From Verrucomicrobiia bacterium (GTDB lineage Bacteria > Verrucomicrobiota > Verrucomicrobiia > Limisphaerales > JADLHS01), in assembly GCA_011525685.1 (NCBI GenBank), contig WYBW01000089.1, forward strand, positions 2,697 to 66,696: a stretch of 64,000 nucleotides of DNA, in the 5' to 3' direction. Below the pieces are notes generated by a model. The model was not told the DNA's origin. It did no database searches and saw only the letters and a program-made list of their open reading frames with translations. The position numbers and the translations under genes were made by a program. Positions 29,525 through 39,575 of this stretch are shown here, piece by piece; the stretch's first letter is position 1, and each line of letters opens with the position of its first letter.

Positions 29525-30247
29525 ATGTCATCAAAATCTCCAACCCATCGGCGCGTCGTAGCCTCGGTTCATGGCCGGAAACCACCCGAGCGCGATCCAG
29601 ACTTTGAACTGGAGCTGTCTGAACATTTGCGGAAGAGTTGTTCGGCGCCGTCACTGTTCGAGCATTATGGACGGTTTGCCAGCGGGGAGGGCGAACTGGA
29701 TGCCTTGATGCGGCGGGCCATCTGGCGGGCAGTGGCGCGAAAGTTCGGTCACGGAATTCGCATCGGCAGCGGGGTGGGCTTCAAGCACCTCGAAACTTTT
29801 GAAATCGGTGACGGCGTGTTCATCGGGGCGCAGGCTTATATTCAAGGCCGATTCGATGGCACGACCAAGATTGGCAATCGCGTCTGGATTGGCCCACAGG
29901 CTTACTTCGACGCGCGCAACTTAATTTTGGAGGACTACGTCGGCTGGGGGCCGGGCGCCAAGGTTCTGGGTTCGGCGCACACCGGTTTGCCCATTGACCG
30001 GCCGATCATCGAAACGGACCTGGAGATCAAACCGGTGCGCGTCGAGGCGTGGGCCGATGTGGGCACCAATGCCACCGTTTTGCCGGGGGTGACCATCGGA
30101 AAGGGAGCCATCGTGGGAGCGGGCGCGGTGGTCACGAAGGACGTTCCGGCGTTTGCCATCGTGGCTGGGGTCCCGGCGCGCTTTCTGCGCTGGCGGGAGG
30201 GGTATAAACCGGGCAACCGGGCGGGCAAGCAACAGACAACCAAATAG
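29525..30247 (+). CDS. Hexapeptide-repeat (LbH) acyl/acetyltransferase
   Basis: IGSGVGFKHLETFEIGDGVFIGAQAYI, IGNRVWIGPQAYF, VGTNATVLPGVTIGKGAIVGAGAVVTKDVPAFAIVAGVPARF. ATG at 29525; GTG 29510 is also possible. Confidence 0.85.
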   Translation: MSSKSPTHRRVVASVHGRKPPERDPDFELELSEHLRKSCSAPSLFEHYGRFASGEGELDALMRRAIWRAVARKFGHGIRIGSGVGFKHLETFEIGDGVFIGAQAYIQGRFDGTTKIGNRVWIGPQAYFDARNLILEDYVGWGPGAKVLGSAHTGLPIDRPIIETDLEIKPVRVEAWADVGTNATVLPGVTIGKGAIVGAGAVVTKDVPAFAIVAGVPARFLRWREGYKPGNRAGKQQTTK

Positions 30248-30248
30248 C

Positions 30249-31223
30249 ATGAAGCACAAACGAGCATTGATTACGGGCGGAGCGGGATTGATTGGATCGC
30301 ACATTGCCGACCAATTGGTGTTGGAGGGAATTGAGGAGATTGTCGTGCTGGACAACTTGACCCGCGGGCGGCGGCAGAACCTGGAATCGGCGATGGCTTC
30401 CGGCAGGGTGAGGATCATCGAGGGCGATATCCGCGATCCGAAGCTGGTGGCCGAGGCCGTCGAGGGTATGGACATTGTGTTCCACGAAGCCGCGATCCGG
30501 ATCACTCATTGCGCGGAGAATCCGCGCCTGGCACACGATGTCCTGGCCACCGGCACGTTCAATTTGATCGAAGCGGCCAACGCCGCCAAGGTGAAGCGAT
30601 TCGTCATGGCGTCCTCGGCATCCATTTACGGACAGGCGGAGGATTTTCCCACGCGCGAAAACCATCACGGCTATGGCAACCGGACCATTTATGGAGCGAC
30701 GAAAATGTACAGCGAAGGGTTGCTGCGCAGTTTCTATGAAATGTATGGCCTGAATTACGTGGCGTTGCGCTACTTCAACGTGTATGGGCCTCGAATGGAC
30801 GCCTTCGGGGTTTACACCGAGGTCATGATTCGCTGGATGGAACGGCTGGCCAAAGGTAAGCCGTGTTTGATTTTGGGCGATGGCGGGCAAACCATGGATT
30901 TTGTTTTTGTGGAAGACGTCGCCCGCGCAAACCTGATGGCTGCCAACTCCTCGATTACGGACGATGTTCTCAACATTGCCAGCGGCGCCGAAACCAGCCT
31001 GAACGAACTGGCCGAAACCCTGGGGCGGGTCATGGGCGTGGAACTGGCGCCGGAGTACGGGCCGGCGCGCAAGGCCACACCGGTTTGGAGAAGGCTGGCG
31101 GATGTCCGCAAGGCGGAGCAGAAAATCGGGTTCAAAACACGCGTGTCCTTGGAGGAGGGGTTGCGACGCCTGGTCAAATGGTGGTCGCGGGAAACCAACA
31201 CCCCCGTACCCGGCTTGAGATAG
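30249..31223 (+). CDS. NAD-dependent sugar-nucleotide epimerase/dehydratase (extended SDR)
   Basis: ATG 30249 gives MKHKRALITGGAGLIGSHIADQL. YGATKMYSE matches YxxxK. The tracked ORF 30153 overlaps the upstream gene. Confidence 0.9.
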   Translation: MKHKRALITGGAGLIGSHIADQLVLEGIEEIVVLDNLTRGRRQNLESAMASGRVRIIEGDIRDPKLVAEAVEGMDIVFHEAAIRITHCAENPRLAHDVLATGTFNLIEAANAAKVKRFVMASSASIYGQAEDFPTRENHHGYGNRTIYGATKMYSEGLLRSFYEMYGLNYVALRYFNVYGPRMDAFGVYTEVMIRWMERLAKGKPCLILGDGGQTMDFVFVEDVARANLMAANSSITDDVLNIASGAETSLNELAETLGRVMGVELAPEYGPARKATPVWRRLADVRKAEQKIGFKTRVSLEEGLRRLVKWWSRETNTPVPGLR

Positions 31224-31262
31224 AGGTAGCCTCCGGATTCTTGCAAAACACTTCACAGCATT

Positions 31263-32414
31263 ATGATTCCCATCGCAAAACCCACTCTGGACGAACGAGA
31301 AGCCGAGGCGGTTCGCCGCGTCATCCTCTCAGGCTGGATCACACAGGGGCCTGAAGTCGCCGCGTTCGAACGCGAGTTCGCCGAATGTGTCGGTGCGCCC
31401 CACGCTTGTGCGGTGTCCAATTGCACCACCGCCCTGCACCTGGCGTTGCTGGCCGCTGGCGTCGGCCACGGAGATGAAGTCATCACGGTCAGTCATTCTT
31501 ACATCGCCACGGCCAACAGCGTCCGCTATTGCGGGGCCAGGCCCGTGTTTGTGGACATCCAACCCGATACATTCAACATGGACCCGCATATGGTCGAGGC
31601 GGCCATCACCCCGAAGACCAAGGCGATCCTGTGTGTGCATCAAATCGGAATGCCTTGCGACCTCGACCGCCTGCTTCCGATTGCCCGGCAGCATGCCCTG
31701 CCCCTGATTGAGGACGCGGCTTGCGCGATTGGCAGCGAAATCCGGTGGAACGGAAAGTGGGAACGCATCGGCAAACCGCACGGTGACGCTGCCTGCTTCT
31801 CCTTCCACCCGCGAAAGATTCTATCCACGGGCGACGGCGGAATGATCACGACGCGGCACAAGGATTGGGACGCCAAGTTCCGGCTGTGGCGACAACACAG
31901 CATGTCGGTGCCCGACACCGTCCGGCACGGTTCGCCCAAGGTCATTTTTGAAAGCTACCCCGAAATCGGCTACAACTACCGGATGACCGATGTGCAGGCG
32001 GCCATTGGACGGGAGCAGTTGAAGCGGCTGCCTGACATCCTGAGCCGCCGCCGTGAAATGGCGGCCGTTTATGGCGCGCGCCTCTCGGCGATTCCGGGCT
32101 TGCGTGTTCCCGTCGAGCCAGAGTGGGCGCGCAGCAATTGGCAAAGTTATGCCATTCGCCTGTCAGAAGATGTGGATCAACTCCAGGTCATGCAGGCGTT
32201 GCTCGACGGCGGCATCTCGACACGCCGCGGTATCATGTGCGCCCACCGCGAGCCGGCTTATGCGGATCTCCCTTGCCCCTGGCCACTGACCGAGTCGGAG
32301 CGTGCCCAGGAGCAGTGCGTCTTGGTGCCCCTTTACCATGCGATGACGAAACAGGAGCAAGACCTGGTCATCGGGCGCTTGGAAAACATTCTTGCCCCGG
32401 TGGCGGCGGTTTGA
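31263..32414 (+). CDS. DegT/DnrJ/EryC1/StrS-family PLP-dependent sugar aminotransferase (second copy)
   Basis: MIPIAKPTLDEREAEAVRRVILSGWITQGPEVAAFEREF. Lysine context FSFHPRKILSTGDGGMI. Confidence 0.9.
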   Translation: MIPIAKPTLDEREAEAVRRVILSGWITQGPEVAAFEREFAECVGAPHACAVSNCTTALHLALLAAGVGHGDEVITVSHSYIATANSVRYCGARPVFVDIQPDTFNMDPHMVEAAITPKTKAILCVHQIGMPCDLDRLLPIARQHALPLIEDAACAIGSEIRWNGKWERIGKPHGDAACFSFHPRKILSTGDGGMITTRHKDWDAKFRLWRQHSMSVPDTVRHGSPKVIFESYPEIGYNYRMTDVQAAIGREQLKRLPDILSRRREMAAVYGARLSAIPGLRVPVEPEWARSNWQSYAIRLSEDVDQLQVMQALLDGGISTRRGIMCAHREPAYADLPCPWPLTESERAQEQCVLVPLYHAMTKQEQDLVIGRLENILAPVAAV

Positions 32415-32619
32415 ATGCCGGCTCGTAGCATACCCACTCATCTCAATGATTTCGGTTTAACACCTGGGCCAAAGAGGAAGTGGATGGCGGTGGATTGACA
32501 CAGCCAAGATCGCGCAACAACTTCCTGGCTGACCTACCTTCGGACTCTGGTTGTGCTTCTTCGGAACTGCAGGCACACAAGCCGAGGTTGCACTTCCTTA
32601 TCAGGCTTTCGAGGATTTC

Positions 32620-34443
32620 ATGGAACTTGAGGCGGAAGCTTACCCGATTTTGGGGCACTCACATTTCCGCTTCTCTTATTACCCGCTCACCTTTACTAAT
32701 CCTAAGTCACCTGCTGAGGTGAACGAGCTTGTAAAACGAAAGCGGGTGGGCCTATGGCCTGCCACACTGTGCCAAGAGCATCAACCACTCTGGCACGCGT
32801 TGGAGAACTTGTTCCCTCTGACTTTTGCGGCTTGGACACCCAAGGAGTCGCCACGCCTCGATGCCCTGCTCGCTGCGGCCAGCGGTCCGGAGTCAGGCCT
32901 GCCGGCAGTATTCTCGCAGGTTGCCTCTTATGTATTCAACGGGTTGCCGACCAAACCTGATGGCGGCGCGGCGGGGAATGCGCTGAAATTTGCGCTTCAC
33001 ACCGCGATTCCTTTGGTCTTTCGCGGACGAACCATGGCGGACACTTCGCTGCCAAACTTGCCGGCGCTCCCAGTCGGTGTGGGCAGTGAGGTTTTGGCCA
33101 CGCAAGCAGGCCGTCCCGTGTGGGTGTATCACCCGGCTGCTGGGGTCGCGGCGGCGCGCGATGTGGTGTCGCTGCCGCTGCCGGAATTGGGCGTGCGTGG
33201 CTTGCTGCGGGACTGCTTCAATGGAGGAAACTACCTGCGCGCCCTGCCATTGTTGGCGTTCCTTCAGCGGTTGACCGCAAGTGCCGCTTGGCAGCCGGCG
33301 CCGTTGCGGGCCTGTTTTGTGTTCGATGATCCCAGCCTGCGGCGGGAAACTTACGGGTTCATTCATTACCGCCGGCTGGCCCAACATGCGCTGCGGTGGA
33401 ATTATCACGCTGCCATTGGGATGATTCCGTTGGCTTCGGCGTCGGTCAACCCGGTGGTCCGGGCAGTCTTCCGGGAACATCCAGGGCGACTCTCGTTAAC
33501 CGTGCATGGATGCTATCATTTGCGGCGGGAGATGGCGCGCTGCTACGCGCCGGCGGATAGATTGGCGTTGTGCGCAGAGGCATTGCGGCGGGTGGCTGCG
33601 TTCGAGCGCAAGAGTGGATTGGCGGTCTGCCAAGTGATGGAGTCCCCTCACGGGGTGATTGACCGCGGCATGTTTGGCGCGCTCCTGGCGCTGGGCTATG
33701 AAGCGACACTGATCACCCCGAGGCAATTTTTGCAGCATCATACAGGCGCAGACTTTCCGCCTTGTTTTGGGCTGCAATCGGTTTGTTACGTGGACGGTGG
33801 TTTGGGGATGATCCCGCGGATTACAATCCATCCGCACTGGCGCACGGAGGCCACGCTGGCGGCGTTTCTGGGCCAGCCCATCGTCATTGCCGGCCATCAT
33901 CAGGATGCAGCCAACGACCTGGAGGCGCTATCGGACATAGCGCAAACGGTAAATGGATTTGGCCCGGTGCGCTGGTGTTCGCTCACGGAGATAGCCCGAA
34001 GCAATTACGCCACCCGGGTGGAGGAGATGACGCTCACGGTGTGCGTTGGGTCCAGGCGGACCGTGCTCCCGTTGCCTGCAGGAGTGCGCAGGGTGCGAAT
34101 ATATCGGCCCTGGCTTGGCACTGAAAGCGTCGAGCCGCTGGTGGTGACCGGGGGCAAGGCGAGTCTCCAGTTCTTCGCGGAGCAAGGAGCTGGCCTGCCA
34201 GTGCTGACGCGGCAACTGGCCGGTGCCGAATCCAGCCCAGTGGAGGTCAACGGATTGGCTGCCATTGAGGTGTATTCCCCGGTAACCGAAGCCGTGGATC
34301 CTGATGACGTGCCGCCGCCGCGCCGCCGGCTGTGGCCTTATGCGCGGCGGGTTCTGACAGAGGTCCGCGACCGAGTCAGGCCGTTTTTGGCCGTTCCGAA
34401 ACCTACGGCTTCTTCACGGCTTAAGACCAGAGGCCAGGAGTAA
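32620..34443 (+). CDS. Hypothetical protein (weak deacetylase-like motifs)
   Basis: The tracked ORF starts at TTG 32551; the first ATG is 32620. CFVFDDPSLR and LTVHGCYH are reminiscent of NodB-type D-D and H-x-x-x-H motifs, but this is weak. It is preceded by a ~200-bp AT-richer gap. Confidence 0.4.
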   Translation: MELEAEAYPILGHSHFRFSYYPLTFTNPKSPAEVNELVKRKRVGLWPATLCQEHQPLWHALENLFPLTFAAWTPKESPRLDALLAAASGPESGLPAVFSQVASYVFNGLPTKPDGGAAGNALKFALHTAIPLVFRGRTMADTSLPNLPALPVGVGSEVLATQAGRPVWVYHPAAGVAAARDVVSLPLPELGVRGLLRDCFNGGNYLRALPLLAFLQRLTASAAWQPAPLRACFVFDDPSLRRETYGFIHYRRLAQHALRWNYHAAIGMIPLASASVNPVVRAVFREHPGRLSLTVHGCYHLRREMARCYAPADRLALCAEALRRVAAFERKSGLAVCQVMESPHGVIDRGMFGALLALGYEATLITPRQFLQHHTGADFPPCFGLQSVCYVDGGLGMIPRITIHPHWRTEATLAAFLGQPIVIAGHHQDAANDLEALSDIAQTVNGFGPVRWCSLTEIARSNYATRVEEMTLTVCVGSRRTVLPLPAGVRRVRIYRPWLGTESVEPLVVTGGKASLQFFAEQGAGLPVLTRQLAGAESSPVEVNGLAAIEVYSPVTEAVDPDDVPPPRRRLWPYARRVLTEVRDRVRPFLAVPKPTASSRLKTRGQE

Positions 34444-34447
34444 GATT

Positions 34448-35998
34448 ATGAGAGAACTTGTACAGAACTTTTTGGAAGACAGCGCACGACGCTACCCCAA
34501 CAAGTTGGCGGTGGTGTGCCGCGACCACCGTTTGACTTACGCCCAGTTGGAAGACGCCGCCAACGACTTGGCCAGCCGATTGCAGCGCGCTGGCGTGTCC
34601 CGGGGAGACCGTGTGGCCATCTATCTCCCCAACTCGGTTGAAGCGGTCGTGGGCATCTTCGGGATATTGAAGGCAGGCGGTGTGTTTGTGGCCGTGAACC
34701 GCGCGGCCAAGCTCGAAAGGCTTGGCTTCATCCTGAAGCACTGCGGGGCCAGAGTCCTCATCACGAACGCGCGCGTTTTCGATCAAGGAGTCAAGAAAGT
34801 CGAAACTCGGCGTCTTGACGATGCTCCGATGTTCGGCGAGTCCCTCTTCACGAAAACACCCTGCCGCTCACTGGCCGCGCAGTTCCGGCGCCAGACATTT
34901 GCGGTCTCGGGAAACCCACCAGCGATCACGCCTGCGGTGACCGAACGGTCCGAGCTTGATCTGGCCTGCCTGATTTACACCTCGGGCACCACCGGCGAGC
35001 CAAAGGGTGTAATGTGCGGCCATAGCAACGTGGTTTTCATTACGCGAGCAATCGCGGAGTATTTGAAGCACACCGAGCGCGACGTCGTGTTGAGTGTGCT
35101 GCCGCTTTCGTTCAGTTATGGGTTGTACCAGTTGCTGACCACGGTTTGCGTAGGCGGTACGCTGGTGCTGGAGGAGTCGTTCGCCTTTCCCGCCGCCGTG
35201 CTGCAGCAAATGGTGCGGGAACAGGTGACAGGCTTCGCGGGTGTGCCGACCATCTACTCAATCATTTTGGGCATGGATCTCCGGGAATTTGACCTGTCCC
35301 GTCTGCGATACCTGACCAACGCTGCCGCCGGCCTGCCGGTCGAACATGTAAAACGTCTTCGACGACTCTTGCCCAATACCGAGCTTTACCTGATGCACGG
35401 CCTGACCGAGGTGGCGCGCACCATGTATCTGCCGCCGGATCAAGCCGACCGGCGACCAGCCTCCTCCGGAATTGCCGTGCCCGGAACGGAACTCTGGATC
35501 GAAGATGAATCGGGACGGCGGCTGGGCCCAGGCGAAGTTGGAGAACTGGTCGTTCGCGGCCCCCATGTGATGCGCGGCTACTGGGCGGATCCGAAAGGCA
35601 CGGCCCAACGCTTCCGGCCCGGCCCGTCGCCGGGCGAGCGGATTTGTTACAGCGGCGATTTGTTCCGTACCGATGCCGAGGGCTTCTTTTACTTTGTGAG
35701 CCGCAAGGATGACATCATCAAGTGTCGAGGCGAGAAGGTGGCGCCGCGGGAAGTTGAGAACGTACTTTGCTCCATGCCGGGAATTCAGGACGCGGCCGTT
35801 GTGGGGGTGCCAGATCCGCTGCTTGGTCAGGCGGTCAAGGCATTCGTTGTGGCGGCTGACTCGGGTGTGACTGCGGCGAAGGTGATGGCTTACTGCCAGG
35901 CGCGGCTGGAGCCGGTCATGGTGCCCCAAAAGGTGGAGTTCTTCCGCGAACTGCCGAAGACGGACAACGGCAAGATTCGCAGGTTCGCGTTGCACTGA
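34448..35998 (+). CDS. Adenylate-forming acyl-CoA/acyl-ACP ligase (ANL superfamily), copy 1
   Basis: AGGAG lies 7 nt upstream of ATG 34448. AMP-binding motif LIYTSGTTGEPKGVMCGH, YSGDLFRTDAEGFFYFVSRKDDIIKCRGEKVAPREVE, and C-terminal catalytic Lys in NGKIRR. Confidence 0.9.
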   Translation: MRELVQNFLEDSARRYPNKLAVVCRDHRLTYAQLEDAANDLASRLQRAGVSRGDRVAIYLPNSVEAVVGIFGILKAGGVFVAVNRAAKLERLGFILKHCGARVLITNARVFDQGVKKVETRRLDDAPMFGESLFTKTPCRSLAAQFRRQTFAVSGNPPAITPAVTERSELDLACLIYTSGTTGEPKGVMCGHSNVVFITRAIAEYLKHTERDVVLSVLPLSFSYGLYQLLTTVCVGGTLVLEESFAFPAAVLQQMVREQVTGFAGVPTIYSIILGMDLREFDLSRLRYLTNAAAGLPVEHVKRLRRLLPNTELYLMHGLTEVARTMYLPPDQADRRPASSGIAVPGTELWIEDESGRRLGPGEVGELVVRGPHVMRGYWADPKGTAQRFRPGPSPGERICYSGDLFRTDAEGFFYFVSRKDDIIKCRGEKVAPREVENVLCSMPGIQDAAVVGVPDPLLGQAVKAFVVAADSGVTAAKVMAYCQARLEPVMVPQKVEFFRELPKTDNGKIRRFALH

Positions 35999-36033
35999 GA
36001 CGCGGCTCCAAGGGTTACTTCTGGCGATAGGGC

Positions 36034-37572
36034 ATGCTCGTCCAAGACTTTTTGGAAGACAGTGCCCGGCGGGTTCCGGCCAAGGTTGCCTTGGTCTGTG
36101 CGGGCCAGCGCCTCACGTACGCCGAACTGGACGCCAGAGCCAACCGACTGGCGCAGGCCCTGCAACACAGAGGTTTGTGCCGCGGTGACCGGGTTGCGAT
36201 TTGCCTGAACAACTCGCCAGCAGCCGTGGTGGCCATCTTCGCTGCCCTGAAAGCAGCCGGGGTTTTCGTGGTTGTCAATCCCACCACGAAAACAAACAAA
36301 TTGCTCTACATCCTGAACAATTGCCGCGCCTCGGCCTTGGTGACGGACTTGCGTGGCTTCTCTGCGGGTTTGGGCGACCGATTACTGGCGGAGGTAAAGT
36401 CACTTCAATGCATCGTCATCTGCGACCTCGAGGCCGGTTCGTGCCTGCCGCAGAATCCGCGCTGCGTTGACTTCAACTCGGTCCAGGCCACCTATCCAGG
36501 AGAGCGTCCGGCCAGAGTCGCCATTGATCTTGACCTGGCTTGCTTGGTTTATACTTCCGGAACGACGGGTGAGCCCAAAGGGGTGATGTGCGACCACAGC
36601 AACGTGATCTTCGCCTCGGGATCGATCATCCAATACCTTCAAAATGTGGACAGCGATATTGTGCTCAACGTAATGCCGCTGTCCTTTGATTACGGGCTGT
36701 ATCAGTTGCTCATGACGTTCCGCTTCGGTGGCACGTTGGTCCTCGAGAGTGATTTCGCTTTCCCTGTAACGATTCTTCAGCGCATCGAAAAAGAGCAAGT
36801 CACCGGCTTTCCGATCGTGCCAACCATCGCCGCCAGGTTGCTTCAGATGGATTTGTCCGCGTTTGACCTGTCCAGCTTGCGCTACGTGACCAACACGGCG
36901 GCGGCACTGCCTCCGAGTCACATTCTCGAATTGCGCCGGAAACTTCCAGGCGTCACGCTTTTCTCCATGTATGGCCTGACGGAAACAAAGCGCACACTTT
37001 ATCTGCCACCACGTTGGCTCGATCAGAAACCCGGCTCGGTCGGCATCGCCATCCCCGGGACTGAGGTCTGGGTGGAGGATGAATCCGGCCAGCGACTGGG
37101 CGCGGGCCAGGTCGGGGAATTGGTCGTTCGTGGCCGGCATGTGATGCGAGGTTACTGGGAGGCGCCGGAAGCTACCGCAGTCCGGTATCGGCCCGGCCCG
37201 ATTCCTGGCGAACGGCTTTGCTATACGGGCGACCTCTTCCGCATGGATGAGGATGGCTGCATGTATTTCGTGGGACGGAAGGATGACATCATCAAGAGCC
37301 GTGGCGAGAAGGTCGCGCCCAAGGAAGTCGAAAACGTCCTGCACGCGCTGCCGGGCGTGGCGGAAGCGGCGGTGCTGGGCGTGCCCGATCCGATCCTGGG
37401 TCAGGCGATTAAAGCTGTGGTTGTGCGGTCTAATCCCAAACTGACCGTTAACGAGGTGCTGGCCCATTGTAAAGCCAACTTGGAGGATTTCATGTTGCCA
37501 CGTGTGGTCGAATTCCGGGACGACCTGCCCAAGTCGCCTTCGGGCAAGGTGCGAAAAGAGGAGTTGATCTGA
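36034..37572 (+). CDS. Adenylate-forming acyl-CoA/acyl-ACP ligase (ANL superfamily), copy 2 (tandem paralog)
   Basis: LVYTSGTTGEPKGVMCDH, YTGDLFRMDEDGCMYFVGRKDDIIKSRGEKVAPKEVE, SGKVRK. Clearly collinear with copy 1 (for example FLEDSARR near the N-terminus of both). Confidence 0.9.
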   Translation: MLVQDFLEDSARRVPAKVALVCAGQRLTYAELDARANRLAQALQHRGLCRGDRVAICLNNSPAAVVAIFAALKAAGVFVVVNPTTKTNKLLYILNNCRASALVTDLRGFSAGLGDRLLAEVKSLQCIVICDLEAGSCLPQNPRCVDFNSVQATYPGERPARVAIDLDLACLVYTSGTTGEPKGVMCDHSNVIFASGSIIQYLQNVDSDIVLNVMPLSFDYGLYQLLMTFRFGGTLVLESDFAFPVTILQRIEKEQVTGFPIVPTIAARLLQMDLSAFDLSSLRYVTNTAAALPPSHILELRRKLPGVTLFSMYGLTETKRTLYLPPRWLDQKPGSVGIAIPGTEVWVEDESGQRLGAGQVGELVVRGRHVMRGYWEAPEATAVRYRPGPIPGERLCYTGDLFRMDEDGCMYFVGRKDDIIKSRGEKVAPKEVENVLHALPGVAEAAVLGVPDPILGQAIKAVVVRSNPKLTVNEVLAHCKANLEDFMLPRVVEFRDDLPKSPSGKVRKEELI

Positions 37573-39575
37573 TGTGCGGCATCGCGGGCATGTTTGATCG
37601 CCGGGCAAGGCGCGCGGCGTCCGAGGGCGACCTGCGCCAGATGCTTGCGCTGCTGCGGCATCGCGGGCCGGACGAATTTGGCATCCTGCTGGATCGGGAG
37701 GCGGGATTGGGCAACGCGCGGCTCTCCATCATTGATCTGTGCAGCGGCAGCCAGCCGATTGCCAACGAGGATGATTCGCTGTGGATAGTCTTCAACGGCG
37801 AGGTTTTCAACTACATCGAACTTCGCGAAGAGCTTCGCGCGCGAGGACATCAGTTTCGCACGGAGTCGGATACCGAGGTTATCCTGCATCTCTACGAAGA
37901 GCTCGGCCCGCGCTGTCTGGACCGGATGAACGGGCAGTTTGCCCTGGCGATTTGGGACACGCGACGACGTCGGCTGTTCCTGGCGCGCGACCGGCTCGGG
38001 GTGCGGCCTTTGTTTTACACGCTACTGGCCGACGGCACCTTGCTGTTCGCCTCCGAGATAAAATCCTTGTTGAGTGACCGCCGGGTATCAGCGGAGTTGG
38101 ACCCGCAGGTTTTGGCCGAAGTCTTTACGTTTTGGGCCGCTCAGACCCCGCACACGGTTTTTCGCGGCATCCACGAATTGCCGCCGGCTCATTACCTCGT
38201 TGCGGACCGGGACTCGATCCAGATTCAACGCTACTGGGAGAACCGCTTCCCGACCGGATCTGACAAACATGAATCACGGCCCATCGGAGAGGTGATCGAG
38301 GAATGCCGCTCTTTGCTGATTGACGCCTGCCAGGTCCGGTTGCGCGCCGACGTGCCGGTGGGAGCGTATCTCAGCGGTGGCTTGGATTCCTCCACGATTG
38401 CTTCGGTGATTCGGCGGCACAACTCAAACCGGTTCGTAACGTTTTCCATCGCATTTGCGGATCCGGCATTTGATGAGAGCGCGTTTCAACAGCAGATGGC
38501 GGTGCGATTGGGGACCGATCACCACGTGGTGCGCGCCACCTACGCCGAGATCGGACGCGTTTTTCCCGAGGTGGTTTGGCACGCCGAAGTGCCATTGCTG
38601 CGCACCGCTCCAGCGCCGATGTTCCTGTTGTCCAAACTGGTCCGTGAGCAGGGATTCAAGGTGGTGCTGACGGGCGAAGGTGCGGACGAATTCCTCGCGG
38701 GGTACGACTTGTTCAAAGAGGCGAAGCTCCGCCGGTTTTGGGCGCGCCAACCCGACTCGAAATCTCGTCCGCTGCTGTTCAAACGGCTTTACCCGGACAT
38801 CACGGCATTGGCCCAAAGCAGCCCTTCCTTTCTGGCTGCTTTTTTTGGCCAGGGACTGGGCGAGGTTGAATCCCCCTGGTATTCACACGCAGTGCGCTGG
38901 CGCAATAACCGGCGCACGTTGCGCTTCTTCAAGGAGGATCTTCTGACTGCCCCCGAAGAGGACGTTTTCAGTCATCTGAGGCGGAGGCTGCCCGCGGATT
39001 TCACTCAGTGGACTCCATTGGCCAGGGCCCAGTACGTTGAAATCACCACCTTCCTGTCGCCATACCTATTGTCTTCACAGGGTGACCGCATGAGCATGGC
39101 CCATTCGGTGGAGGGCCGCTTTCCGTTCCTCGACGTGCGGTTGGTGGAATTTTGCAACCGCCTCCCGCCGCGCATGAAGCTGCGCGTTCTGCAGGAGAAG
39201 CATCTGCTCAAAGAGGCGGCCCTGCCTTGGTTGCCGGACGTGATCCGACAGCGGCCCAAGCGGCCATATCGCGCGCCGGTGCATCGCAGCTTTTTCAATG
39301 AGACCACGCCTGACTATGTGCGCGAACTCCTGTCGCCTGAGCGCATCAAGGCCGCCGGTTACTTCAAACCGGAAGCGGTCCAACAATTGACGCGCAAGAT
39401 TGAATCCGGTGGCGCTCTTGGCGAAACTGACGACATGGCACTGGTCGGCATTCTTTCCACGCAACTGGTCCATCACCAATTCGTCGAGGGTTTTTCACCT
39501 CCGAAGCCGCTTTCGCAACGCGATCCGGTAAAGGTGTGCAGAACGGCCACGATTTCACAGGAGGTTTCAGCATGA
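37572..39575 (+). CDS. Asparagine synthase (glutamine-hydrolysing) family amidotransferase, paralog 3 (canonical)
   Basis: ATG 37572 overlaps the upstream TGA (TGATG). MCGIAGMFD, RLSIIDL, FNGEVFNY. PP-loop YLSGGLDSSTIASV. Confidence 0.9.
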   Translation: MCGIAGMFDRRARRAASEGDLRQMLALLRHRGPDEFGILLDREAGLGNARLSIIDLCSGSQPIANEDDSLWIVFNGEVFNYIELREELRARGHQFRTESDTEVILHLYEELGPRCLDRMNGQFALAIWDTRRRRLFLARDRLGVRPLFYTLLADGTLLFASEIKSLLSDRRVSAELDPQVLAEVFTFWAAQTPHTVFRGIHELPPAHYLVADRDSIQIQRYWENRFPTGSDKHESRPIGEVIEECRSLLIDACQVRLRADVPVGAYLSGGLDSSTIASVIRRHNSNRFVTFSIAFADPAFDESAFQQQMAVRLGTDHHVVRATYAEIGRVFPEVVWHAEVPLLRTAPAPMFLLSKLVREQGFKVVLTGEGADEFLAGYDLFKEAKLRRFWARQPDSKSRPLLFKRLYPDITALAQSSPSFLAAFFGQGLGEVESPWYSHAVRWRNNRRTLRFFKEDLLTAPEEDVFSHLRRRLPADFTQWTPLARAQYVEITTFLSPYLLSSQGDRMSMAHSVEGRFPFLDVRLVEFCNRLPPRMKLRVLQEKHLLKEAALPWLPDVIRQRPKRPYRAPVHRSFFNETTPDYVRELLSPERIKAAGYFKPEAVQQLTRKIESGGALGETDDMALVGILSTQLVHHQFVEGFSPPKPLSQRDPVKVCRTATISQEVSA

